Virus record (IMG/VR): IMGVR_UViG_2747842453_000002
Span: 32,001 to 96,000 of that record
Direction: 5' to 3' (one strand)
DNA: 64,000 bases
From: a virus
Lineage: Duplodnaviria; Caudoviricetes
This document shows positions 8,637 through 18,442 of the stretch, one piece after another. Position numbers and translations under genes: made by a program. The notes below the pieces were generated by a model that did no database searches, was not told where the DNA came from, and was given only the letters and a program-made list of their open reading frames with translations. Each line of letters starts with the position of its first letter. Positions within the stretch are counted from its first letter, which is position 1.

Positions 8637-11600
8637 ATGCCAATTCTAGGATCATTCGCAAGTGGTGCAATCGGCACGGTCGGACTTGCACAACAAGCAA
8701 TGCTTGCATTTTTAAAAGCATCAACCGCAATATCAGGATCATCATTCGTCCTACAACAACTTATAGGAGGGCCAGATGGCTCGTACATTGCTGGGCGGAA
8801 TAATAGTATTAACGGACAAAGTAGTTTTGCTGCTGATGGTGATTATTTAGTTACTGGGTCGGGTTGGACTAATGAAGTTTTGGTTTGGAACTTATCAGAC
8901 GGTTCGTTACATATGACTATACCAGCCCCATCGCCACCTCCACAGACTAACGGCTATGGTTGGCAAATTGATATACATGGAGATTATTTTATTACAGGTA
9001 ACGGCGGCACCGGCGGTGGCTATACAACCATACATAATGTATCAACCGGGGCTCTAATTACATCATTTACCGGCGCAGCTAGAAATGTTGCAATTGATGA
9101 AAATTATGCAGCGGCGTGTGCCAATGGTGGACCGATTAAAATATTTGAATTGGCAACCAGCACTCTTACAACCTTCCCGGATCCAAATGGCGGATTAGCT
9201 GACTTGATGGATATATCTGGTAATAATTTGATACTTGCGCCAAATAATGGCTCCCTAATAACAGTGCATGATATACCTACTGCTTTATCTAATGGCAATT
9301 TAAATACTACTAGCCTGACAATAAATACAACAGTTAGTTACTTTCAAACATTGATCGCTGGAGGTAATTATTTGGCGTTAGGCAGAACAGGTGCCGGAGA
9401 CCAAAGCATTTTGATTTATGATCTAACTACGGGAACACTACTTCATACTTTGCCCGCACCAGTAGGCGCGAGTGCAGCGTTTGGTAATGCGATAGATATA
9501 AAAGGCAATTATTTAGTTGCGGGACATCGAGGACAGGAACAGTATTCCCCTGCTGCAGTATATGATTTAACAACTGGCATATTATTACAAACGTTCACAG
9601 GCGATGATATTCCCGACACATCTACATGGCAGAATACAGACGTTGATAAGCTATTAGGCACCGCAGTAGCAATCACTGACAGTAAAACCATTATCGGTTC
9701 TAGCAGTGGCGGTGAAAGTGCAAACAATTGGCTTGGTGCGTTTCTTATATACTCTAATCCTGGCCAAGCAGCAATATCTGAAGAAGTATCCTTGGACTGG
9801 AGTAATATTACATTAGAACATACACTAGATAATCCAAATCCATTTGGTACTAGTGAGAATGATCAATTTGGCATGGATATTGCAATGTCTAGTACACATG
9901 CAATTATTGGTACATACGCAGAAGACGATGCTGGCGGTACTAATTCAGGTAAAGCCTATATCTTTGATCTAACAACAGGATTATTACTTCATACATTAGA
10001 TAATCCAAATCCAGTTGGCACAAGTACTGATGATTGGTTTGCATATTCAGTCGCAATATCTGATACATATGCAATAGTTGGTGCTTTTAGAGAAGAGCAT
10101 AATTCAGTAACTGGTGGGAATGCAGGGAAAGCATATATCTATAAGCTATCTGATGGATCATTAATAAAGACATTGATCAACCGGGATACGAATGGCAATC
10201 CGATTGGTGATCTGTTTGGCCACGGAGTTGCAATATCTGATACACATGCGATTGTTAGTGCGTGGGGCGAAGATTGGGGCTCTACGGGCACGGTGTCTGG
10301 TGTTGGGAGCGTTTATATCTATGACATATCACCCGAGGGGATAGTGACAGGGCCTCGTGCGTCAATGATTATAAGCAATCCCTCGGACTATCCGAATGGT
10401 TATTTTGGCTGGGGAGTTGAGATGAATGATAATTATGTAATTGTTACTTCACCCAATGATGAAGTAGGCAAAGCATATATCTTTAATGTATCCGATGGAT
10501 CATTAGTATATACATTAGATAATCCAGGTGGATTTGACGCGGCGTCGAGAAATGATAATTTTGGTGCAACACGAAATTTCTGGCATTCGACAAGTCAGGC
10601 GGCGATATCTGATAATTATGCAATTGTTAGTGCACCATATGAAAATGACGCTGATGGACTTTTTGCCTCGGGCATAGTATATGTTTTTGACATGTCAGAT
10701 GGATCATTAGCACATACACTTTATAATCCAAATCCATTTGGTACTACTCAAGAAGATTATTTTGGCATGTCAGTTGATCTTGATGGTGACTTTGTAATTG
10801 TTGGCGCACCATATGAAGATGATGCAGGTACTAACTACGCAGGCAAGGCCTATATCTTTGATCTAACAGATGGATCATTAGTAAATACAATAGATGATCC
10901 AAATGCCTTTGGTACTACTGATAATGATAGATTTGGCCACGCAGTTGCAATGTCCGATGGGCGTGCTCTTATAAGTGCTAGTAGAGAAGATGATGGCAGT
11001 GGCACTTCTGCAAATTCTTCAGGCAAGGCTTATATCTTTAGTGCACAAACTACAGTAGCAAGTGCACCTGCAGCGGGACCTGCAGACTGGAGTAATGCTA
11101 CATTAGCATATACATTAGATAATCCAAATCCGTATGGTACGAGTCAGAATGATTACTTTGCTAATGTCGCAATATCTAGCACATATGCAATTATAGGTGC
11201 GCAAAATGAAATGCTAAATGAATCGGAGACTTATGGTGGTATAGCCTATATTGTTGACCCATCAGATGGATCATTAGTATATACACTACATAATCCCAAT
11301 CAGGGTACTGGTTCAGAAATTGGGGATATGTTTGGCATTTCGACCGCAATATCTGATACACATGCAATTGTAGGTGCGTATAGCGAAGATGATTCAAATG
11401 GTCTTAATTCAGGTATAGCCTACATTTTTGACTTATCAGATGGATCATTGGCACATACAATAAATAATCCAAATGCGTATGGTACTGCTACGTCGAATGG
11501 CTACTCCAATGATGGATTTGGATATGCAGTGGCAATATCTGATACACACGCAATCGTTGGTGTACCATCTGAAGATGATGCCAATGGCGCTGGGAGTGCA

Positions 11601-13178
11601 TTCAGTGGGAATGATTCGGGTAAAGCCTACATTTTTAACGTATCTGATGGTTCATTATTACATACCTTAGATAATCCAGATGCTTATGGTGACGGTGTAT
11701 ACGATTGGTTTGGCGGGTCAGTAGCAATATCTGATACACACGTAATCGTTGGCGCGCGTGGCGAAGATGATACTGGTGGCGATGGATCAGGTAAAGCATA
11801 TATCTTCAATGTGACTTCAGGTTCTCTAGTTTATACCTTAGATAATCCTAATGCATATAGTACAAGTGCAGGAGATCAATTTGGCCAATCAGTAGCAATA
11901 TCTGATACACATGCAATTGTAGGTGCGTATAACGAAGATGATGCTGGTGGTACAACTTCAGGTAAAGCATATATCTTTGACCTATCAGATGGATCATTAG
12001 CATATACACTACATAATCCAAATCAACATGGTACTAGTCAAAACGATCATTTTGGGTGGACAGTTTCAATATCTGATACACATGCAATTGTAAGTGCAAT
12101 GTTAGAAGAGGATGCTGATGGTAATAGTTCAGGTAAAGTCTACATATACGACTTATCAGATGGATCATTAACAAATACATTAGATAATCCAAATGCTTAT
12201 GGTACTAGTGAGGGTGATAGATTCGGTAGCACAGTGGCAATATCTGGCTCAAATATAATTGTAGGCGCAGTATTTGAAGATGACGCTGGTGGTACAAGTT
12301 CAGGCAAATCCTATATCTTTAGTGCAAGTGCACCTGCAGAAGAATCTACTGGATGGACTATTGATCTTTCTAATGTGACATATGACTCTGAATTTAGTTT
12401 AAACAATCAAATGACAAGTTATGCGACTGGTCAAACCTTAAGCACTGACGGTACAAAGTTATATGTAGTTGGTCAGAATCAATTCGCACCCACGACATGG
12501 ATTACACAGGTGTGGCAATATTCCTTATCCACTGCCTTCGATATCAGTACCGCTTCATATGATAATGTTACCTTTAATCCATCTAGTCAGGATACTAATC
12601 CTATGGGCATAGATTTCAATACTGACGGTACGAAGATGTATTTAGTCGGTACTAATAGTGATTTGGTGCTTCAATATTCTCTCAGTACTCCATGGGATGT
12701 AAGTACCGCTTCATATGACAATGTATCGATTAGTGCACCGGGTACGTTTGGCCTATATTTCAAAGATGATGGCACGAAAATGTATACGACTGGGTTTGAT
12801 GCGAACTTAACAGGCGTGAGATCATTTTCTTTATCAACAGGTTTCGATCTAAGTACTGCCACTGATGATCTCTCAACTTACAGTTCAATTGCCGTCACTG
12901 GAGGAAATCCTTTTGTCGCGGCTTTGAACCCAGATGGCACAAAAATGTATATCCTTGGTAACAGATCAATATACCGTTATTCCTTATCGACAGCTTTTGA
13001 CGTAAGTACAGCCACCTACGATAACGAAAGTATTTCTTTAAGTAATGAGTTCCATTTGATGTATAACATGGAGATATCACGTGATGGCACTAAGATATAT
13101 GCAGTTGGAACCTCGCCTGGGACGGGCCCCACCACTGGTTCTAGTAGAAGCGTAGTGCAATTCGACACAGGTTTATGA
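8637..13178 (+). CDS. Large multi-beta-propeller (FG-GAP-like repeat) virion/tail protein
   Basis: Many repeats TLDNPN..D.FG.SVAISDTHAIVGA..EDD....SGKAYIF; C-terminal LSTAFDISTASY repeats; MPILGSFASG N-terminus. Confidence 0.8.
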   Translation: MPILGSFASGAIGTVGLAQQAMLAFLKASTAISGSSFVLQQLIGGPDGSYIAGRNNSINGQSSFAADGDYLVTGSGWTNEVLVWNLSDGSLHMTIPAPSPPPQTNGYGWQIDIHGDYFITGNGGTGGGYTTIHNVSTGALITSFTGAARNVAIDENYAAACANGGPIKIFELATSTLTTFPDPNGGLADLMDISGNNLILAPNNGSLITVHDIPTALSNGNLNTTSLTINTTVSYFQTLIAGGNYLALGRTGAGDQSILIYDLTTGTLLHTLPAPVGASAAFGNAIDIKGNYLVAGHRGQEQYSPAAVYDLTTGILLQTFTGDDIPDTSTWQNTDVDKLLGTAVAITDSKTIIGSSSGGESANNWLGAFLIYSNPGQAAISEEVSLDWSNITLEHTLDNPNPFGTSENDQFGMDIAMSSTHAIIGTYAEDDAGGTNSGKAYIFDLTTGLLLHTLDNPNPVGTSTDDWFAYSVAISDTYAIVGAFREEHNSVTGGNAGKAYIYKLSDGSLIKTLINRDTNGNPIGDLFGHGVAISDTHAIVSAWGEDWGSTGTVSGVGSVYIYDISPEGIVTGPRASMIISNPSDYPNGYFGWGVEMNDNYVIVTSPNDEVGKAYIFNVSDGSLVYTLDNPGGFDAASRNDNFGATRNFWHSTSQAAISDNYAIVSAPYENDADGLFASGIVYVFDMSDGSLAHTLYNPNPFGTTQEDYFGMSVDLDGDFVIVGAPYEDDAGTNYAGKAYIFDLTDGSLVNTIDDPNAFGTTDNDRFGHAVAMSDGRALISASREDDGSGTSANSSGKAYIFSAQTTVASAPAAGPADWSNATLAYTLDNPNPYGTSQNDYFANVAISSTYAIIGAQNEMLNESETYGGIAYIVDPSDGSLVYTLHNPNQGTGSEIGDMFGISTAISDTHAIVGAYSEDDSNGLNSGIAYIFDLSDGSLAHTINNPNAYGTATSNGYSNDGFGYAVAISDTHAIVGVPSEDDANGAGSAFSGNDSGKAYIFNVSDGSLLHTLDNPDAYGDGVYDWFGGSVAISDTHVIVGARGEDDTGGDGSGKAYIFNVTSGSLVYTLDNPNAYSTSAGDQFGQSVAISDTHAIVGAYNEDDAGGTTSGKAYIFDLSDGSLAYTLHNPNQHGTSQNDHFGWTVSISDTHAIVSAMLEEDADGNSSGKVYIYDLSDGSLTNTLDNPNAYGTSEGDRFGSTVAISGSNIIVGAVFEDDAGGTSSGKSYIFSASAPAEESTGWTIDLSNVTYDSEFSLNNQMTSYATGQTLSTDGTKLYVVGQNQFAPTTWITQVWQYSLSTAFDISTASYDNVTFNPSSQDTNPMGIDFNTDGTKMYLVGTNSDLVLQYSLSTPWDVSTASYDNVSISAPGTFGLYFKDDGTKMYTTGFDANLTGVRSFSLSTGFDLSTATDDLSTYSSIAVTGGNPFVAALNPDGTKMYILGNRSIYRYSLSTAFDVSTATYDNESISLSNEFHLMYNMEISRDGTKIYAVGTSPGTGPTTGSSRSVVQFDTGL

Positions 13179-13193
13179 TAATGTAGCAAGTTA

Positions 13194-13221
13194 AATGGAT
13201 GCGATTTTATTCGCATCCATT
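13194..13221 (+). terminator. Stem-loop, probable terminator
   Basis: AATGGATGCGA-loop-TCGCATCCATT after the 13178 stop; weak U tract. Confidence 0.55.
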
Positions 13222-13234
13222 ATCTGTTTAATTT

Positions 13235-13242
13235 GATAAATA
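13235..13242 (+). promoter_or_regulatory. Putative late promoter GATAAATA
   Basis: Ends 5 nt upstream of the ATG at 13248. Confidence 0.65.
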
Positions 13243-13247
13243 CTATT

Positions 13248-13454
13248 ATGAAAATAAATGAGATCATATCTGAAAACTTTGCCGGAGCATTTGCTAGTGT
13301 TCCCATGGGATTGGGTGCGGGTGATCCAAATGCAAGTGTGTATGCAAAAAAGCCTGCCACTAAAAAGAAAAAGAAATCAAAGATGGGATATAGTGCAGAT
13401 GTAGGCAACCTTGCTTACACAACTCCAGTAAAAAGCCCAATGATTAAACGATAA
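13248..13454 (+). CDS. Small basic putative internal head protein
   Basis: MKINEIISE start matches neighbouring polyvalent proteins; Lys-rich tract. Confidence 0.6.
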   Translation: MKINEIISENFAGAFASVPMGLGAGDPNASVYAKKPATKKKKKSKMGYSADVGNLAYTTPVKSPMIKR

Positions 13455-13465
13455 GGTAGATTAAA

Positions 13466-15295
13466 ATGAAACTGTCACAACTAATTGAATCTTTTGTAAT
13501 CTCTAATGATGAATTCGAAGATTATTTAAATAGAGCAACTGAACAACTAGTATCAGAATTATCATCAGGTAAAAATCCACGTGATGCAGTTCATGATTTA
13601 GCATTAACTTTTGCAGATCAACACAATAAATCTTATGATGCATACCAACGTATGGCAGACTCACTTGAGGCTCGGATGCACACGTTGGAAATGAATAGTC
13701 CCACCGATATGATGAACGGGCCAGAAGATGATATGGGAATGGGCAGTGTTGATGAGCCAGAAATGATGAGTGATCCAATGGGCAACATGGAAATGAATAC
13801 ACCAGCAAGTTCTGAGATGCCAAGTGACAGTGACATGGAAGATTATTCAGCGGTAATGGGCGAAGGTCGTATGAGTGATCAACTTATTGATGATGCTGAA
13901 AACATGACTAAGAAAGAATTTGAGAAGAAACACGGTAAAGAAGCAGCAAGAGATATGTTTGACGAATCTATTAACGAAGATTCAGATGAAGAAAAAGCGC
14001 GCCAACGTGCACTTGCTAAAGCAGATGAACCAGAGCGTGGCGAAGAGAGAAAGAAAGTATCTCTAAAGAAAGCACCATGGGAAGAATCAATAAAAGAAGA
14101 AGAAGAAGAATGCAAATATTGCGGCGGTGATTGCCCTAATGATGAAGAACACGCTTGTGACGGCTACTTGGGCGACATTGATGGACTATATGAAGCACCT
14201 TGGGAAGAGTCAGTAAATGAAAAATACCGTCAGTCAACACAAGCGGAAATTGATGCAGATGAGAAAAAATACCGCAAATCTGCAGGTAAAAAACGTCCAA
14301 GCATATCACCCAAATCTATTGACAAAAATATGTACGATAATATGAAAGGCAAACTGAAAGAAGGTGATAAAGAACAAGTTAAAGTAATCTTTAGAAAATT
14401 CCCCGAGGGCGATGTGATTGCATTGTTCCCAGAAGTTGATCAGGGTCGCGGTCTGATTGGTTCATACATGACAATTGGTCAGCATGGTGACGCAGCAAAG
14501 TCATTGATTACTGACTTAGAACCAGCGTCAAAAGAAGAATATGCAAAACTAGCCGCTGAACTAGAGCGTATTGGTTATGATATTGTTATAGCTGAGTCAG
14601 TTAATGAATTAACTATTGCTGATGTGAAAGCGGCTACAGAAAAAGCAAAAAAGCGCCAAGAAAAAGAAAGAAAAGATACAGGAAAGAGTAGTGTATCTAC
14701 TACTGATCTTGCTTCACGACTTAAAGAAGCAAAAGCAATGGATACAATTCGTAAAATTGCAGATGAAAAAAGTGCAATGAAAGTTAAATTTGATAATGGT
14801 CAAATGATGGTCGATATGTTTACTGCATCTGCAATTAAATCAGTATATGATAACGTAAATGATGCAAATAAAGAAAAACTAGACAACCTAATGAAAACAA
14901 AAGACGGCATGATGAAAGTGGCAAATCTTTCAATGAAAATGCTGAAAGAAGGCAAAATTGGCGATCTTGCAAGTAAAGGCATCGGCGCAGCCAAAAGAGG
15001 CATTAGCGCATTATCTGATAAAAATAAAGATATGAAAAATATGTCTATTGCTAAAAAACAAGATATCGCAAATAAAGGTATGGCAATTTCAAAGAAAGCG
15101 GCAGATGTTACTGGGAAAGTAAGTTCACGTTTACAATCTGTTGGTAAAGTAGCAAAAGGTATAGGATCAGCAATCGCAGCGCAGCCGGAATTTGGTTTAG
15201 GTGGCAGTTCATATTCGGGCAGAAGAGAATCAATCGAATCAATCACAGATAAAATCATGAATGAATCGATCAAAAAGGCAAACAAAGAAAAATAA
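13466..15295 (+). CDS. Polyvalent acidic/basic putative internal head protein
   Basis: MKLSQLIE start; many INE/VNE/LKE/IKE linkers; Cys-rich and other discrete modules. Confidence 0.65.
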   Translation: MKLSQLIESFVISNDEFEDYLNRATEQLVSELSSGKNPRDAVHDLALTFADQHNKSYDAYQRMADSLEARMHTLEMNSPTDMMNGPEDDMGMGSVDEPEMMSDPMGNMEMNTPASSEMPSDSDMEDYSAVMGEGRMSDQLIDDAENMTKKEFEKKHGKEAARDMFDESINEDSDEEKARQRALAKADEPERGEERKKVSLKKAPWEESIKEEEEECKYCGGDCPNDEEHACDGYLGDIDGLYEAPWEESVNEKYRQSTQAEIDADEKKYRKSAGKKRPSISPKSIDKNMYDNMKGKLKEGDKEQVKVIFRKFPEGDVIALFPEVDQGRGLIGSYMTIGQHGDAAKSLITDLEPASKEEYAKLAAELERIGYDIVIAESVNELTIADVKAATEKAKKRQEKERKDTGKSSVSTTDLASRLKEAKAMDTIRKIADEKSAMKVKFDNGQMMVDMFTASAIKSVYDNVNDANKEKLDNLMKTKDGMMKVANLSMKMLKEGKIGDLASKGIGAAKRGISALSDKNKDMKNMSIAKKQDIANKGMAISKKAADVTGKVSSRLQSVGKVAKGIGSAIAAQPEFGLGGSSYSGRRESIESITDKIMNESIKKANKEK

Positions 15296-15299
15296 TCTA

Positions 15300-15328
15300 T
15301 TGACAACCTAACAATACTATGCTATATT
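15300..15328 (+). promoter_or_regulatory. Sigma-70-type promoter
   Basis: TTGACA-17-TATATT with extended TGn. Confidence 0.75.
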
Positions 15329-15358
15329 AAATGGAGTTCTTAGAGAGCTCCATTTTTT
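15329..15358 (+). terminator. Intrinsic terminator closing the late module
   Basis: AAATGGAGTTCT-TAG-AGAGCTCCATTTTTT. Confidence 0.65.
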
Positions 15359-15381
15359 ATATCTAATTAGGAGATTATTAT

Positions 15382-15642
15382 ATGTCACTAGATTCAGTTA
15401 CAAGCGAAGAAAAAGCAAAATTAAAACAATTGGTAGATGAAGGGTGTTCTGTTCTACAGGAAGTTGACGACCTAAAGGGTGGACTGCGCGATACTGTAAA
15501 AGCAATTGCAGAAGAATTAGATATTAAACCTGCAGTACTTAATAAGGCTATTTCACTAGCACATAAAGCAAATCTACAGGGAGCAAAGCAAGACTTTGAA
15601 GATGTAGAGACCGTACTTGAAACTGTGGGACGCACACTATAA
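15382..15642 (+). CDS. Small dsDNA-binding protein (T4 DsbA/GapR-like)
   Basis: 86-aa helical protein (LRDTVKAIAEELDIKPAVLNKAI) directly upstream of the DNA polymerase. Confidence 0.55.
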   Translation: MSLDSVTSEEKAKLKQLVDEGCSVLQEVDDLKGGLRDTVKAIAEELDIKPAVLNKAISLAHKANLQGAKQDFEDVETVLETVGRTL

Positions 15643-18441
15643 ATGAGTTATGTAGATGCATACTACAACAAAGACAAAGATATTGTAAATGTCGTTGAAC
15701 GAAAAGACGGCAAACGTATATATCAAGATTATCCAGCGTGGCGTACATTTTATGTGCGCGATGATAGAGGATCACATACTAGTATTCATGGTGAAAAAGT
15801 TCGTCAGGTAAAGGTAAAACGATTAAAAGACATGCACAAAGAATTGCGTATGAATTCTGATAAAAAAATATATGAGAGTGATATAAAACCTGAGGTTAGA
15901 TGTCTTGCTGAAAACTATCTGAATTTAGATTCACCAAAATTAAATGTTGCATTCTTCGATATTGAAGTTGACTTTGACGCTGATAAAGGATTTGCGCCAC
16001 CTGAAGATCCTTTTATGCCAATTACTGCTATTACAGTACACTTACAATGGTCAAATCAACTTGTTACCTTTGTTATGCCACCAGAGCATATGAGGGATGG
16101 TGAAGGTCTAGTAGAAGCACAGCGTCTATGTGATAAATTTCCAGATACATTTCTATATCTAAGTGAAGCCGACATGTTAAATGACTTCTTAACACTTATA
16201 GATGATGCAGATGTTCTTAGCGGATGGAATAGCGAAGGCTTTGATATTCCGTACACCGTAAATCGTATTGTTCGAGTTTTAAGCAAATCACATACTCGTA
16301 AATTATGCCTCTGGGACCTTCTTCCAAAAGCAAAGACTATCGTTAAGTATGGCAAAGAACAAATTAGTTATGTTTTAAGTGGACGTATTCATCTAGATTA
16401 TCTAGAATTATATCGCAAATATACATACCATGAAATGCATTCATACTCACTTGATGCAATTGGCGAATATGAATTAAGTGAACGAAAAGTTGCATATGAA
16501 GGTACATTGGATCAACTATATAATCAAGATTTTTATAAGTTTATAGAATATAATAGACAAGATGTTGCATTACTTGATAACCTAGATAAAAAACTAAGAT
16601 TCATTGATCTAGCGAATGAAATCGCGCATGACAATACCGTTAATATTCAAACTACAATGGGTGCTGTTGCTGTTACCGAACAGGCAATTATCAATGAAGC
16701 ACATCGTCGAGGTATGGTTGTGCCCGATAGAAAAAAACGTAGTTGGGATGTGGAAGATGAAGATTATGAACCAACACTAGAAGAGGAAGCAGCCGCAGAA
16801 GCACAGAAAGCAGCGGGCGCATTTGTTGCTAATCCTCAGATTGGCGTACAACGATGGGTAGCAGGTATTGATATTAATTCTCTATACCCGAGTATTATTC
16901 GTGCATTGAATATGTCGCCGGAAACCATCACTGCACAACTAAGACAAGATTATACAGAAGAAATGATACAAAATCGTATCAGGTCTGGACGCGGTGGTAA
17001 GAACAAAGGCTATGGTGCAGCACAAGCATGGGAAGATACATTTTCAACAGAAGAATTTAGGTTCTTTAATGAAAAAGATAAAACAACCATAATGAATTTA
17101 GACATGGAGAATGGTGAGGTACATGAAGTTACTGGTGCAGAAGCATTCGATTTAGTATATAATTCAGATTTGCCATGGGCTATAAGTGCGAATGGTACCG
17201 TATTCAAACAAGATATTCAAGGTATTATTCCTAGTCTGTTAGAACGCTGGTATGCTGAACGTAAAGTTCTTCAAAAGAATATGCGTGAAGTTAGAGAAAA
17301 CGGTGGCTCAGATGAAGAAATTGCGTTTTGGGATAAACGACAACTAGTTAAGAAGATTAACTTGAACAGCCTATACGGTGCGATTTTGAATCAAGGCTGT
17401 CGATTTTATGATAAGCGCATCGGACAATCTACTACTCTGTCAGGTCGTTGCATCACAAGACATATGGGTGCAAAGACAAATGAAGTAATCGATGGCACAT
17501 ATGATTATAAAGGCAAATCCGTGATATACGGTGACACAGATTCTATCTATTATTCAATGTATCCATCATATCAAAAAGAGATTGATAGTGGTGAGATTGA
17601 ATGGAATAAAGAAATTGCTCTTACAATGTATGATGAAATCGCCAATCAAGTTAATGCTAGTTTTCCAGATTTTATGAAAGAGTTTTTCAATTGTCCACGC
17701 AACCAAGGCGAAATCATTGCCGCTGGACGTGAGAACTTAGCAACTATGGCTATCTTTATTAAGAAGAAAAGATATGCTATGCTTATCTATGATGATGATG
17801 GTATACGGCGTGATATTGATGGCAAACCTGGCAAAGTAAAAGCAATGGGACTTGACTTGAAACGTAGTGATACTCCTGATTATATGCAAAACTTTCTTAG
17901 TGAATGTCTTGTTAAAGTTCTTACCGGCGGCGAACAAAACGATATTATTACAATGGTTAAAGAATTCAAAAAAGAATTTCGTGAAAAGCCTGGTTGGGAG
18001 AAAGGCACTCCTAAACGTGTTAATAATTTAACTAAGTTTAAAAATGATGTATCAAAATATAAACGTGCACAAAATGCAGATTTTAAATTACGAAGATCAG
18101 AAGACAAACTGGAAAAGCCACGTTTACCCGGACATGTTAGTGCAGCATTGAATTGGAATACTTTGCGTGAAATGAATGGTGATAGATACTCAGTTGAAAT
18201 AACTGATGGTATGAAAACTATTGTATGTAAATTACGTGATAATCCAATGAAAATGACAAGTATTGCATATCCAATTGATGAACCTCGTATTCCACAATGG
18301 TTTCAGGATCTTCCATTTGACCATGATTCTATGGAAATAGCAATTATTGATAAAAAGATTGATAATCTAATTGGTGTTCTAAAGTGGGATCTTAGTGCTG
18401 CAAACACCAGTGAACAATTTGAAAATTTATTTGAGTTTTAA
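15643..18441 (+). CDS. Family B DNA polymerase (gp43-like)
   Basis: Exonuclease motifs FFDIEV, GWNSEGFDIPY and YNRQDV; polymerase motifs DINSLYPS, KINLNSLYG, YGDTDS and KKRY. Confidence 0.97.
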   Translation: MSYVDAYYNKDKDIVNVVERKDGKRIYQDYPAWRTFYVRDDRGSHTSIHGEKVRQVKVKRLKDMHKELRMNSDKKIYESDIKPEVRCLAENYLNLDSPKLNVAFFDIEVDFDADKGFAPPEDPFMPITAITVHLQWSNQLVTFVMPPEHMRDGEGLVEAQRLCDKFPDTFLYLSEADMLNDFLTLIDDADVLSGWNSEGFDIPYTVNRIVRVLSKSHTRKLCLWDLLPKAKTIVKYGKEQISYVLSGRIHLDYLELYRKYTYHEMHSYSLDAIGEYELSERKVAYEGTLDQLYNQDFYKFIEYNRQDVALLDNLDKKLRFIDLANEIAHDNTVNIQTTMGAVAVTEQAIINEAHRRGMVVPDRKKRSWDVEDEDYEPTLEEEAAAEAQKAAGAFVANPQIGVQRWVAGIDINSLYPSIIRALNMSPETITAQLRQDYTEEMIQNRIRSGRGGKNKGYGAAQAWEDTFSTEEFRFFNEKDKTTIMNLDMENGEVHEVTGAEAFDLVYNSDLPWAISANGTVFKQDIQGIIPSLLERWYAERKVLQKNMREVRENGGSDEEIAFWDKRQLVKKINLNSLYGAILNQGCRFYDKRIGQSTTLSGRCITRHMGAKTNEVIDGTYDYKGKSVIYGDTDSIYYSMYPSYQKEIDSGEIEWNKEIALTMYDEIANQVNASFPDFMKEFFNCPRNQGEIIAAGRENLATMAIFIKKKRYAMLIYDDDGIRRDIDGKPGKVKAMGLDLKRSDTPDYMQNFLSECLVKVLTGGEQNDIITMVKEFKKEFREKPGWEKGTPKRVNNLTKFKNDVSKYKRAQNADFKLRRSEDKLEKPRLPGHVSAALNWNTLREMNGDRYSVEITDGMKTIVCKLRDNPMKMTSIAYPIDEPRIPQWFQDLPFDHDSMEIAIIDKKIDNLIGVLKWDLSAANTSEQFENLFEF

Positions 18442-18442
18442 A

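Noticed and set aside
9800-12330. Regularly spaced DNA repeats resembling a CRISPR array or DGR template/variable repeats
   Set aside because: They are degenerate in-frame propeller-blade codons with synonymous variation. No cas or reverse transcriptase gene and no adenine-specific variation were seen.
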